This document shows, one piece after another, positions 8,801-18,140 of a DNA stretch of 64,000 nt. Every line of letters starts with the position of its first letter. The first letter of the stretch is position 1. Both the position numbers and the translations under genes were made by a program. The notes beneath the pieces were generated by a model. That model did no database searches and had not been told where the DNA came from. It saw only the letters and a list, made by a program, of their open reading frames with translations. The stretch comes from a virus: positions 54,587 to 118,586 of the IMG/VR virus record IMGVR_UViG_3300036823_000117; one strand, 5' to 3'.

Positions 8801-10413
8801 CCGCCAGCGCGGACGCGTCCTCCATGGCGACCAATGTCGGGAAGGCCGGCAACGCCTCCGCCACGGCCGGCGACCAGATGGAAACCGCCGCGACCAAGGC
8901 CTACAACCTCCGCACCGCGATCGACGACCTGCACAGCAAGACCGTCGACATCAACGTCCTGTTCAACATCAGCGGAAAGCAGCCCGGCGCTGGCGTGGCA
9001 CTGCCCGGGGCGCCGCAGTACGCGGCAGGCGGCGTCGTCCCGGGCCGCGACACAGGCCGAGACGAGCACCTGGTCCTTGCCCGCGGCGGCGAAGGGATGA
9101 TCATCCCCGAGGCCGTGCAGGGGCTGGGCGGCCCGAAGGCCATCGACGCGATCAACCGGGCATACGGCGGCGGCCGCAAGACCGCCAGGGGCCGGTTCGC
9201 GGCCGGCGGCGTGGTCACGGAATCGGCGCAGTTCGGGTTCCCCCAGGACGTGTTCAACTTCCAGATCGGCCCGATCGGTTTCGGCGGCTCGCGGACCACC
9301 GTGGGCGGCGGCGGGGCCTTCACGGGATTCCAGCAGCTCGCCGACGAGCTCAAGGGCTTCAAGACAGCTGGCGCCCAGTACCCGGGCCAGAGCGCGTCAT
9401 CGTACGCCAATTACCTGGCCACGATCAAGAAGGACAACGCCTCCCGGTTCGCTCAGATGGAAGCCGACGGCAAGAAGCTCGTCGCCGCGTTCAGCGAAGG
9501 CACCCTGACGACCGTCGCCGCGATCAAGTCCGAGGCCGCGACGGCTCTGAAGACCCTGCAGACCTACTACTCCGGGCCGGCTGCAAGCCGGCTCGAAGCG
9601 ACAATCACCCGGCAGACCACGGCCATGGAGAAGCTCGCCGCGGCGTCCGCGAAAGTCTCCGCGACCATCGCGAACATGAAGGCGTTCAGCGCCCAGGAAG
9701 TTCAGTCTCTGCAGGGTTTCTCCAACATTTCCAATATCACCGGGACCACGAACTCGACGACGGGGGCGACCGCTCCGCCGACGGGGGCGCAGATCAAGGC
9801 CGGCCTGCAGAAGATGCTGGCCCAGCTGCGGCAGTTCGAGGCCGTGATCAAGAAGCTGAAGGCCGAGAAGGTCGCGTCGGTGATGATCGAGCAGGTCATC
9901 CAGCTCGGCCCCGAGGAAGGCATCCAGTACGGCCAGGCGATCCTCGCCGGCGGGAAGACGCTCATCGCCCAGATCAACAAGACGGAGAAGGCGATCACGG
10001 GCGAGGAAACCGTGATCGGTCACACGTCCGCGGAAATCCAGTACGGGCAGTCAATCACCAAGGGATTCCTGGCGAGCCTGGAGAAGCAAGAGACCACGCT
10101 CAAGAAGAAGATGCAGAACCTTGGTGACGAGATCGCCAAGGAACTGGCTAAGGCCCTGGGCGTCCCGCTTGCGACCCTGAAGAAGGATGAGGGGATCGGC
10201 AAGTCGAAGCTCGCCCCGGCGCCTAAGATCAAGAACCCGGTCACGCCGCCGCACATTGTGTACAAGCCGCCGACGGTTCACCCTGATGCGAAGACGACGA
10301 ACGTGAAGCAGGACATTCACATTACGGTCAACTCGCCGAAGGGGTATTTCAGCCCGGAGCAGCTGGCGGCTATCAAGCACGAGATCTCCGCCGTCCTGGC
10401 CATTTCCCACTAG
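5863..10413 (+). CDS. tape measure protein
   Basis: 1516 aa, Ala/Gly-rich helical; N-terminal VARAYVTVEPD; YAAGGVVPG...GEGMIIPE motif. Confidence 0.92.
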   Translation: MAGEEGFHVARAYVTVEPDATDFPEKLKAQLEENKFDLRVPVAPQMDGFREEMQAGLEKEKGQDVTVDVEPDPGSVADFTPKVQAALDANKAKVEAGVEPDQESVAGLPGKVQAELDAERKPTLNIKSNLDEASLAAKVAEARSELGDLKIGDDLFAAFSRTGSNSFIAQYATDLKDLTGDAEAAAGAVRRTAAAVDQAGAAARKSDQAFRIFGVGISKLAVHGVVTGVIDFLAVAIPAAAAAGAWAAAWSKGAEQVEQHMVALHTATQATNAMFGQTTGSALGLGGALAKAQTAARPEVWSALGAAINLAKERMGDFSSVGLQVGRIFDNFAAKLVYDFSSAGDAGKTFGGLLSNMVPDLTQLGEVFGNIGHAVGSFASQMPGVAQVLLAGLAGATKLATSLIDLSGRFKIAGASALTLIMGFHELNTWGSIGVAALGKMGLATSEVTGGFFSLERAGGVLSNMLGVVPTLLSKITAGLSGMTRGVGSVVSGLGGMVGKIGGDGNVFSKLGAGAEGAGSKVDRLGVTIGGLGSDLEESASGLGLWQVALIGAAAAGLGFLIYKLATTKTAAQQFADSLQASIDKASNLQSLSALAAGMGQLGAATQKAATQQQYAGGMSTRYAQTLSTAGAAVATFGAKQEQLAEQFVTVNKHASMLATQYGTSFVGALALADEAGVKLNQTMTRQQWVMAQIKISDLVKGYQAMGQPMGAVGNDMDALAIQSGLAATKVAALNSAWDEFMSNLTGGTTGLAGFEQALTNLSTGTTKITNVLGKGGSVTLSVKDFASSLQSFTGKGAQAWQNFNQVVGTSAPQLIDWLRTAGAEGALSGQNLSHGLSQGTTAAKNFQQGILDMISQLTPLASKSKTAQAELVGLAQQAGLNITTFPQLTSAIQASHASVSNLQAIISQATIKMGNMSAVAQNLGNVLNSAVASAISNASLKASGFYKDMSDLTAATQKYGANSPQAIAAANKVATALHTASADASSMATNVGKAGNASATAGDQMETAATKAYNLRTAIDDLHSKTVDINVLFNISGKQPGAGVALPGAPQYAAGGVVPGRDTGRDEHLVLARGGEGMIIPEAVQGLGGPKAIDAINRAYGGGRKTARGRFAAGGVVTESAQFGFPQDVFNFQIGPIGFGGSRTTVGGGGAFTGFQQLADELKGFKTAGAQYPGQSASSYANYLATIKKDNASRFAQMEADGKKLVAAFSEGTLTTVAAIKSEAATALKTLQTYYSGPAASRLEATITRQTTAMEKLAAASAKVSATIANMKAFSAQEVQSLQGFSNISNITGTTNSTTGATAPPTGAQIKAGLQKMLAQLRQFEAVIKKLKAEKVASVMIEQVIQLGPEEGIQYGQAILAGGKTLIAQINKTEKAITGEETVIGHTSAEIQYGQSITKGFLASLEKQETTLKKKMQNLGDEIAKELAKALGVPLATLKKDEGIGKSKLAPAPKIKNPVTPPHIVYKPPTVHPDAKTTNVKQDIHITVNSPKGYFSPEQLAAIKHEISAVLAISH

Positions 10414-10423
10414 CGGGGGTGCC

Positions 10424-11674
10424 GTGCCAAGTCCCCCGACTCCGGCGACGCCGGGTCAGAGCTACACGCTGTTCCTGAATTTCTTCGACATGACGTCGGG
10501 TTCGCTGGCGAATGCGACGAGCCTGCAGCTGGATATCACGTTCGGGTCGGAGGCGCCGCTGGTCCCGGATGTTTCCGGCCCGTTCACTTGGACAGGTGCG
10601 ATCGAGCCTGGCCCGGATGAGATCTGGGAGCTGGGCACCGGGCAGTACGGGTTCGACTGGCAGGTGCCGTCGAACCTCGCCGCCGGCGCGTACGTGGCGA
10701 CGTGGACGGTCGGGTACGGCGGCGACGAGTTCCTTGTCACCGAGAACTTCCCGCTCGCGGCGTCTATTACCCCGGTCGCGTCGGGGGATCTCGGGTACTG
10801 GACGGGGAGCATCACCTACCAGCCGTCTTACCTGTCGTCGCCGCTGGTGATCCCGCTCGGCGGCACGGATTCCAGTGGCGTGTCGTGGATGCTGCAGAAG
10901 GTCGAGGGATGGGATTCGCCGCCGTCGGCGGTGGGCCAGGTGATCCAGCGGTCCGGGGATCATGGCGGGTGGCCGACGGCGCAGTTTTACGGGCCGCGGC
11001 TGATCAGCCTGATCGTCATGGCGTCGGCGCCGTCGCAGGCGCTGCGGGACCAGGCCCGGGCGGTGCTGCAGCAGGCGGTGCCCGTGGGCATCACGGCGTC
11101 TGACCTGGCCACGTTCACCTATGACGAGCCCACGCCGAAGCTCGCTTACGTCCGGCGGAACGCGTCGGCGACGATCGCGGAGACGTATCCGACGCTGACC
11201 GACGTGGTCTTCACGATCCCGCTGACCTGCCCGGATCCGCGGAAGTACTCGACGACGACGCAGGAAGCGTCGACGATCACGCCGTCGACGGCGTCGCCGC
11301 TGGCCCTGCCGTTCGCATTGCCGATCACGTTCCCGGCCGAGTTGTCGGCGGGGAAACTCGGGATCCTCGCAGTTAATGCCGGGACGTTTGAGACGCGGCC
11401 GATTTGCACGGTGACCGGGCCGATCACGTCGCCGTCGGTCATCAACGCGGCCACGGGCCAGGCGGTCACTTTCACCGGCCTGACTGTCCCCGGCGGGTCG
11501 CAACTGGTCCTGGACATGGACGCCCGGCAGGCATTCCTGAATGGGGCGTTTACGCCCGCTGATGCTGCGAGCGCCTGGTGGGTTGTGCAGCCGGGAGAGT
11601 CGCCCATCTACATGACGGGCACCTCTTCCGCCGGGTCAAGTTTGGCTATGTCATGGGCAAGCGCGTGGATCTGA
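10424..11674 (+). CDS. distal tail (Dit-like) protein with extra N-terminal domain
   Basis: Follows tape measure; LTCPDPRKYS and NAGTFETRP motifs. Confidence 0.75.
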   Translation: MPSPPTPATPGQSYTLFLNFFDMTSGSLANATSLQLDITFGSEAPLVPDVSGPFTWTGAIEPGPDEIWELGTGQYGFDWQVPSNLAAGAYVATWTVGYGGDEFLVTENFPLAASITPVASGDLGYWTGSITYQPSYLSSPLVIPLGGTDSSGVSWMLQKVEGWDSPPSAVGQVIQRSGDHGGWPTAQFYGPRLISLIVMASAPSQALRDQARAVLQQAVPVGITASDLATFTYDEPTPKLAYVRRNASATIAETYPTLTDVVFTIPLTCPDPRKYSTTTQEASTITPSTASPLALPFALPITFPAELSAGKLGILAVNAGTFETRPICTVTGPITSPSVINAATGQAVTFTGLTVPGGSQLVLDMDARQAFLNGAFTPADAASAWWVVQPGESPIYMTGTSSAGSSLAMSWASAWI

Positions 11675-11690
11675 GGCATTAGGAGTGTGA

Positions 11691-12764
11691 ATGGCTTCTA
11701 GTGTCGGACTCGGCACGCCATTGTTTGTGGACGATGCACCCAACACGGCGGCAACTCCTTTCAGGAGTTACGAAATTGGGACGCGCGTGAACAATGTCGG
11801 CACCGCGTCGGCTAACCAGGTCGCAGGCGGCGTGTTCCCCGGCGTCGGCGCCATGGCCGTCACCCCCGGTTCCGGGCTGGCCGTCCAGGTCGCTGCGGGG
11901 TACTGCTGCGTCCCCGCCGCGTCGGCGCTGCAGGGCGGCTACGTCTTCGGCGCCATGACGAGCCAGTCGCTCACCCTCGCCGCGGCTGACCCTACGAACC
12001 CGCGGATCGACCTGGTCACCGCGCAGGTCACCGACACCGGCACGTCAGCATCGTCGTGCAGCCTGAGCATCGTCACCGGGACTGCGGCGTTCTCCCCGTC
12101 GCCGCCGTCGCTGTCGTCGCTCACCGCGATCGTGCTGGCCGCAGTGCAGGTCGGCGCGGGGGTCGCTTCGCTGACCAGCGCGAACATCACCGACGAGCGG
12201 GCGTATGTCACGGCGCCGGGCGGGATCCTGCCGATCTCCTCGGCGGCGGCCGCGCCGGCCGCGCCGGCGTGGCAGCTGTTCTACAACGTGTCAGCCGGGG
12301 CGCTGGTCACCGGGTCGGGGACCGCCGGGGTTGTCTCGCCGCTGCCGGTGCTGCCCTGGGCGCCCGTGATCAGCCAGGTCGCCACCACGATGTCGGACTC
12401 GTCGTCGCCGGGGACGCTGACCACGATCACGACATGCTCGATCACCACGGGCGGCGAGGACATCGAGGTCTTCTACAAGTGGCCCGGCTGGAAGGTCAGC
12501 TCGGCGCCGCTCCTGGTCACGGTGCAGGTGTCGCTTGACGGCACGGTGATGGACCAGACGGTGCTGTTCCCGGCGTCGTCGAGCCTGGCGTCGTGCGGCG
12601 GGTCGGCCCGCTGGTACTCCTCGGCCGCTGAGTCGACGACGCCGTCGGCGGGGTCGCACACGGTGGCGTTCGCGTTCCAGTCGGCCAGCGGGTCGGCGAC
12701 CACCACTCTTGCCGCGTCGGGGACTGCGCTGGCTGTCCTGCGCGCCGCGCCGGCCAGCGCCTAG
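11691..12764 (+). CDS. minor tail protein
   Basis: GLAVQVAAG and ADPTNPRIDLV motifs; paralogous to next gene. Confidence 0.7.
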   Translation: MASSVGLGTPLFVDDAPNTAATPFRSYEIGTRVNNVGTASANQVAGGVFPGVGAMAVTPGSGLAVQVAAGYCCVPAASALQGGYVFGAMTSQSLTLAAADPTNPRIDLVTAQVTDTGTSASSCSLSIVTGTAAFSPSPPSLSSLTAIVLAAVQVGAGVASLTSANITDERAYVTAPGGILPISSAAAAPAAPAWQLFYNVSAGALVTGSGTAGVVSPLPVLPWAPVISQVATTMSDSSSPGTLTTITTCSITTGGEDIEVFYKWPGWKVSSAPLLVTVQVSLDGTVMDQTVLFPASSSLASCGGSARWYSSAAESTTPSAGSHTVAFAFQSASGSATTTLAASGTALAVLRAAPASA

Positions 12765-12772
12765 GAGGCCTG

Positions 12773-14059
12773 GTGGCACTTTCGGTCAGCCTCGGCTCGC
12801 CTGCCTGGACGGGCGGCACGACCTGGAACGGCCTGGGGATGCGGCAGTTCTGGGCCGCGACCAAGACCACCGATCATGGCAGCGCCGCGGCTGCCGCCCC
12901 TGTCGGGGGCGTCTACCCGGGTGGCGGGGAGATGAAGGTCGTCCCGGGTTCGGGGCTGGCGGTGTCGGTGTCGGCGGGTTACTGCTGCGTGCCGCACCCC
13001 ACCTCGGGTGATGGTGCTTACGTCTTCGGGACGATGGTGTCGGAGACGCTGACCATCGGGTCGAACTCGTCGGGTGCGACGCGCACGGACCTGATCGTGG
13101 CCCGCGTTTTCGACCTCGGGTCGTCGTCGTCGTCCTGCGATGTCGAGGTCGTTGCGGGCACCCCGGGGGCGGGTGCCCCGGCGGCGCCGACGGCGTCGGT
13201 TCCGCTGGCGGCCGTGGCGGTGGCGACCGGGGCGTCGAGCATCTCGAGCGGCAACATCACTGACAAGCGCGCCCATGTCGTCCCGGCCGGGTGCCTGCTG
13301 CCGATTGCGAACGCGGCGGCCGCGCCGGCCGCTGGGACTGCTCAGCTCATGTTCAATATCGCGACGGGCCTGGTCTGCGCCGGGACCGGGATCGCGGGGC
13401 AGGCCGCCGCGGTCGGGTTCGCGGGCCTCGCCGGCCAGGACTATGTCAACACCTCCGCCGGGCAGCAGGGCACCACCCCGGGCACCCCGTCGAGTGACCC
13501 GTGGGGAATCGGCTACGGCGAGATCGACAGCGCCTTCGGCGGCGGGGGCGGCAAGGGCGGCGGCGGTCACGGCTTCGGGAGCGGCGACACCGACGGGACG
13601 ATAGCCACCGAGCTCCAGGTCACCTTCGCCGCTGACGGGGTCAGCGATTACGAGTTCTTCTGGAAGTGGCAGCTCGCGGTCCCGGCGCAGGCCTACGCCG
13701 GCGGGTCCCCGACGGTCACCGCCGCCGGGGTGTCGCTCATCCTGCTGATCGACGGCGGCGTAGCGGACTCTGTGAGCCTGATCTGCGCGGATGACCCGCT
13801 GGGCTCATCGGGGGGCGGGAGCGCGTCCTGGTACACCTCGGGGCTGGAAGGGACCACCCTCAGCCCCGGTCTCCACACCGCGCAGATCGCGGTCGAGACA
13901 TCGAGCTCGTTCTCGTCTTCCGGGCCGGTCGCCGGCGTCTTCATCGGCGATGTCGCCACCGCGGGCCCGACGGTGTTCGGCGCAGCGGTCAGCGGCTACT
14001 ACGCCGCGCTGACCGCCGAGAACTGCCTGCTCCGCGTCGCTTCCGTCCCGGCCAGCTGA
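12773..14059 (+). CDS. minor tail protein (paralog of 11691-12764)
   Basis: PGSGLAVSVSAGYCCVP, RTDLIVARV and NITDKR match the preceding gene. Confidence 0.7.
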   Translation: MALSVSLGSPAWTGGTTWNGLGMRQFWAATKTTDHGSAAAAAPVGGVYPGGGEMKVVPGSGLAVSVSAGYCCVPHPTSGDGAYVFGTMVSETLTIGSNSSGATRTDLIVARVFDLGSSSSSCDVEVVAGTPGAGAPAAPTASVPLAAVAVATGASSISSGNITDKRAHVVPAGCLLPIANAAAAPAAGTAQLMFNIATGLVCAGTGIAGQAAAVGFAGLAGQDYVNTSAGQQGTTPGTPSSDPWGIGYGEIDSAFGGGGGKGGGGHGFGSGDTDGTIATELQVTFAADGVSDYEFFWKWQLAVPAQAYAGGSPTVTAAGVSLILLIDGGVADSVSLICADDPLGSSGGGSASWYTSGLEGTTLSPGLHTAQIAVETSSSFSSSGPVAGVFIGDVATAGPTVFGAAVSGYYAALTAENCLLRVASVPAS

Positions 14060-14071
14060 CGGGAGGCGGGC

Positions 14072-15211
14072 ATCTCAACCTTCCGCTTCGCCACTACGAA
14101 CCTTTTGTCGGGTCAGCTGACGAGCGACAACCTGCCGATCACCGCGCAGAGCTTCGGCCGGCAGATCAACACGTCGGGTGCCGCCACGGTCAGCCTGAAC
14201 CTGACCGGGTCGGCCCAGCAGAATGCCGCGAACATCGCTGCCGTGATGCCGCGCAAGTCGGTCCTGTGGATCCTCCAGGACGACGCGGTCATCTGGGGCG
14301 GCCCGATCTGGGACTGGAATCACCAGTCCATCGCCAGCGGCGTGCTGCCGCTCGGGTGCTCGACTTTCGAGTCGATCCTCAGCCGCCGGGTGCAGAATAA
14401 GACGGTCACGTACACGTCCGAGGACGTCTTTGACATGTTCCGCGACCTGATGCAGACCTACGCCCTGGCCAAGCTCCCCAACGGGCAGATCGCCGGGCTG
14501 ACGTACAGCGAGAACCGCTCTGGCGTTTCCGACACGCTCACTTTCGACGGCACCCAGCTGCAGACGTTCGACGATGCGATCGGGACGCTGGTCAGCGCCT
14601 ACGAGATTGAGTACTCGTTCCGTCCCTACCAGGATTCGGCGGGCAACTTCAAGGTCAACGTGGACCTGGCCTACCCTTACCTGGGGCAGCCATTCCCGCA
14701 GTCCGGCCTGGTGTACAACTTCCCGGGCAACCTGACGGACTACGCATTCCAGGCAACGGGGTCCACGTCGATTAACTCCCTGTTCGTCACGGCGTCAAAC
14801 GACAACACCACTAGCGGCACAGACACGACGCTGAATGGGTTCTGGGACGATTACACCGACCTGGATCTCGGCTACCCGATCCTGCAGGGCGTCCTGTCGC
14901 TCACCACGGCGTCCTGGACCAGCGACGCGCAGGTCCAGAAATTCGCGGGCGGCTACATCCCGCAGGTCACTGACACGCAGCTCACCCCGGTCCTGACGAT
15001 CTCCGGCGACGCGTTCCCGAAGATCCGGCAGACAACTCTCGGGTCGGGTGCCCAGTTCAATGCCACGTCGATCCTGCACCCGGCCGGCCCGAATGGCGAG
15101 CCCGGGTACACGGGTGTCGGCCGGGTCACGGGGTGGACGTGCACGCCCGGCGGGGAAGGCCAGACCGAGCAGGCGCAGATCACAATGGGCAATTTGCTCA
15201 TGGTGCCTTAG
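14072..15211 (+). CDS. minor tail/baseplate hub protein (ReqiPepy6 Gp37-like); possible ATC start
   Basis: SFGRQINTSG...VIWGGPIW motif; GGGAGG RBS 5 nt before in-frame ATC at 14072. Confidence 0.7.
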   Translation: MSTFRFATTNLLSGQLTSDNLPITAQSFGRQINTSGAATVSLNLTGSAQQNAANIAAVMPRKSVLWILQDDAVIWGGPIWDWNHQSIASGVLPLGCSTFESILSRRVQNKTVTYTSEDVFDMFRDLMQTYALAKLPNGQIAGLTYSENRSGVSDTLTFDGTQLQTFDDAIGTLVSAYEIEYSFRPYQDSAGNFKVNVDLAYPYLGQPFPQSGLVYNFPGNLTDYAFQATGSTSINSLFVTASNDNTTSGTDTTLNGFWDDYTDLDLGYPILQGVLSLTTASWTSDAQVQKFAGGYIPQVTDTQLTPVLTISGDAFPKIRQTTLGSGAQFNATSILHPAGPNGEPGYTGVGRVTGWTCTPGGEGQTEQAQITMGNLLMVP

Positions 15212-15220
15212 AGGGGTGCA

Positions 15221-15418
15221 ATGACGGTCATCACGGAATCGTGGTATTCGCGGGTGATCGAGGGCGGGTTCATCCGCCTGACGTGCCATGACTGCGGTGG
15301 CGAAGTCCGCTTCCGTGACATCCCGGCAGGGCATGCGAAGGCCGCGGGCATGGTCGCCGTGCATAAGCCGTCGGGGTGCTGCGATGAGCGGCAGGCGAAT
15401 GCGGGCGGCCGGCCATGA
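15221..15418 (+). CDS. small hypothetical protein with CxxC
   Basis: GAGGGG RBS; ATGA overlap with next gene. Confidence 0.45.
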   Translation: MTVITESWYSRVIEGGFIRLTCHDCGGEVRFRDIPAGHAKAAGMVAVHKPSGCCDERQANAGGRP

Positions 15419-15789
15419 CGACTTACCCGGACCGGCAGATCGCGCAGTTCTCGGCGACGATCAAGAAGATGCAGCGGAAGCTCACCGTCGCCGAAACGCA
15501 GCTGAATAACGCCAAGACAGACATCGCGAACCTGAAGGCGCTGGTCAATACCCTGTACACCCGGATCGGTGACCCGTCCAAGGGCGGCACGGCCGGGCTG
15601 ACGCAGGCGCAGAGCGTGTTCCTGGCCACGATCCAGCAGATGACGACCCCCGGCACTTACCCGCTCGGCACCGACGGCGGGTCAGGCAGCTACTGGATCA
15701 CCGGAGAACGCAACTTCGTCAACGCGGGCCTGAATATGGACAACTTGCTGGTCCAGAAACTGCAGCGGTCCGGGCTCATGCACACATGA
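15415..15789 (+). CDS. coiled-coil tail-associated protein
   Basis: Heptad-like N-terminus; coupled to flanking genes. Confidence 0.55.
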   Translation: MTTYPDRQIAQFSATIKKMQRKLTVAETQLNNAKTDIANLKALVNTLYTRIGDPSKGGTAGLTQAQSVFLATIQQMTTPGTYPLGTDGGSGSYWITGERNFVNAGLNMDNLLVQKLQRSGLMHT

Positions 15790-16433
15790 CGGCGCCGCTG
15801 GTCAGCGTCATCACGGCCACGTACCGCCGGCACCGCGAGTTGCTGGGCCGCTGCATCCCCTCAGTCGCCGCCCAGACCTACGAGGCGATCGAGCACGTCG
15901 TCGTGTCCGACGGGCCTGACCCGGAGCTGCAGCAGCTGCTCGCGGAGACTGGTGCCCGGTACGGGGAAAGCGAGCACGGCGGCCACTGGGGTCACCTGGC
16001 CCGCCTCAAGGGCATCGAGATGGCTACCGGCGAGCTCATCGCGTGGCTCGACGACGACGACGCGTGGCGGCCCGACCACGTTGCCCTGCACGCCGCGGCG
16101 CTCGAGGAGCACCCCGAGGCGGGTTTCGCGTACTCGCGGCTGCTGATCGGCGCGCAGGACGCCAACGCGCGGACTTACCGGGATGACCCGGAGGAGTGCC
16201 TGGGCACCGACGTTTACGCGTCGGGCCAGGTGCTCACGTCGATGCTGTTTCACCGCCGGGCGGTCCTGGACGTTGCGACGTGGGGCACCGGGACCGGGAC
16301 GCCGGACAGCGACCTGGTGTCCGCGTGGGCTGACGCCGGAATCCCGTACGTGTCAATTCCGCAGGTCAGTTCGTGGATGTGGACGCACGACGACTACGAC
16401 CACCCGGGCGAGCTTCTGCTGCCGGATTTCTGA
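15786..16433 (+). CDS. glycosyltransferase family 2
   Basis: PLVSVITATY, VVVSDG and IAWLDDDD (DxD) motifs. Confidence 0.9.
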   Translation: MTAPLVSVITATYRRHRELLGRCIPSVAAQTYEAIEHVVVSDGPDPELQQLLAETGARYGESEHGGHWGHLARLKGIEMATGELIAWLDDDDAWRPDHVALHAAALEEHPEAGFAYSRLLIGAQDANARTYRDDPEECLGTDVYASGQVLTSMLFHRRAVLDVATWGTGTGTPDSDLVSAWADAGIPYVSIPQVSSWMWTHDDYDHPGELLLPDF

Positions 16434-16459
16434 CGCGCGAGGATCGGCGGTGACCGGGC

Positions 16460-17419
16460 GTGGTAGCTGAGGGGTTCGGGGCGGCCAGCAAGGTCAGCAA
16501 GGCCGGCGACACGATGACCGGGACGCTGGTCCTGGGCGCGACGCCGCCGCTGCAGGCCCCTGCGGGTGCGACCAGCGGGTATGTCCTGGGCACCGACGGC
16601 TCGGGGAATGCGTCGTGGGTTCCTGCGGGCGGCAGCACCACGGTCATTGACGGCGTGACGGTCTCGGGTGCGGCGGCGTCCGGCAAGGTGCTGACGGCTA
16701 CGTCGGCGTCGGCGGCTGACTGGCAGACCCCCGCGGCGGGCAATGTCATCGACGGGGTGACGGTTTCCGGGACGCCGTCGAGCGGCGAGGTGCTGACCGC
16801 GACGTCGCCTACTGCGGCGGACTGGCAGGTCCCGTCGGCGGGCACCGTCATCAGCGGCATCACCGTGTCGGGCACGCCGTCGACCGGGATGCTCCTGACG
16901 GCCACTTCGGCGAGCGCGGCGGACTGGCAGAACCCGGCTAGCGGCGCCGGGGTGACCCTGGACACGACGTCCGCGGACATCCAGGCCCTCGGCTCCCAGG
17001 CGGCCGGGTCGGTCGGCCAGGCTGCGGACGCAGGGCACGTCCACCCGACGACGGGCGTGGCGCTGCTGGCCGGGGCGACGTTCACCGGGGCTGTCGCGCC
17101 CGCCGTGGCGGCGCTCACCGACGGGTCCAGCATCGCGGTCAACGCCGCGCTGGGGAACGTCTTCACCGTCACCATCGCAGGCAACCGGACGCTGGCCAAC
17201 CCGTCCAACCCGGTGGATGGCCAGCCGATGACGGTCATCGTGAAGCAGGACGGCACCGGGTCGCGGCTGCTGAGCTACGGGACGGCCTACGAGTTCTGCA
17301 CGGCGCTCCCGTCGCCGACGCTTTCGACCTCCGCAGGCCTCTCCGACTACCTGGGTTTCCGCTACTCGGCTGCGGCGTCCAAGTGGAGATTCCTGGCCTA
17401 CCTTCCGGGCTTCAGCTAG
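16460..17419 (+). CDS. tail fibre-like protein with three internal repeats
   Basis: VSKAGDTMTG start; 3x VI(D/S)G(V/I)TVSG...LTATS...ADWQxP. Confidence 0.65.
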   Translation: MVAEGFGAASKVSKAGDTMTGTLVLGATPPLQAPAGATSGYVLGTDGSGNASWVPAGGSTTVIDGVTVSGAAASGKVLTATSASAADWQTPAAGNVIDGVTVSGTPSSGEVLTATSPTAADWQVPSAGTVISGITVSGTPSTGMLLTATSASAADWQNPASGAGVTLDTTSADIQALGSQAAGSVGQAADAGHVHPTTGVALLAGATFTGAVAPAVAALTDGSSIAVNAALGNVFTVTIAGNRTLANPSNPVDGQPMTVIVKQDGTGSRLLSYGTAYEFCTALPSPTLSTSAGLSDYLGFRYSAAASKWRFLAYLPGFS

Positions 17420-18082
17420 ATGTCCTGGTCGCTGGTCCAGAAGTCGTCGGCGCCTGGCACTAACTCCAGCGGAGCGTCCGTGGCTCCGGCGATCGGCGCG
17501 GGCTCGGCCGCCGGGAACCTGCTGGTCGCGGTGATCACGAGCGTCAACGACCCAGACACGCTCACCGGCCCGTCGGGGTGGGCCCCGGTTGTGCAGGGAG
17601 TCCAGGCCACGGGCGGCACGGCGAACCTGTGGTGTTATCTCGACAACCCGGGCGGGATCAGCAGCGCCACGTTCACTGACACGGCCAGCGCGCTCGAGGA
17701 CTCATGGATGGCGGAGTTTTCCACGTCCGGAGTGTCGGGCGCGGCGGTGGACTCGTCGGGCACTGGCAGCACCAGCGGCGGGAACAGCTGCACCGCTACC
17801 TGCACGGGTGCTAACGCGTCCGGGGACCTGTCAATCTGCATCTTCCAGAACTTCGTGTTCGGCGGCACATGGACTACGCCGTCGGGGTGGACGCTTCTGG
17901 GCGATGACGTCGGGTCTATCGGGTTCGCGTGGTCCGGGTACCAGCTCAGCGCCTCGGCCGGCACGCTGGCGGTCACCAGCCATTTCAGCAACACCGGCTG
18001 GTGGGCTGGCGCTGTCGCGACGTTCTCCGCGTCTGGCGGTGCCCCGGCCGTGAACACCGGGGCTTTTTTCTCCCTGTTCTGA
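17420..18082 (+). CDS. virion-associated beta-rich protein
   Basis: Two PSGW-containing repeats; tail region. Confidence 0.55.
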   Translation: MSWSLVQKSSAPGTNSSGASVAPAIGAGSAAGNLLVAVITSVNDPDTLTGPSGWAPVVQGVQATGGTANLWCYLDNPGGISSATFTDTASALEDSWMAEFSTSGVSGAAVDSSGTGSTSGGNSCTATCTGANASGDLSICIFQNFVFGGTWTTPSGWTLLGDDVGSIGFAWSGYQLSASAGTLAVTSHFSNTGWWAGAVATFSASGGAPAVNTGAFFSLF

Positions 18083-18140
18083 CATCCGCCTGGTCGCGCG
18101 GCTCAGCGCCGCCTTTCCCCATTAGCGAGGAGTTGGCTTC

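Noticed and set aside
16630-16940. Three ~90-bp tandem repeats
   Set aside because: Degenerate in-frame protein repeats, not CRISPR; no reverse transcriptase for a DGR
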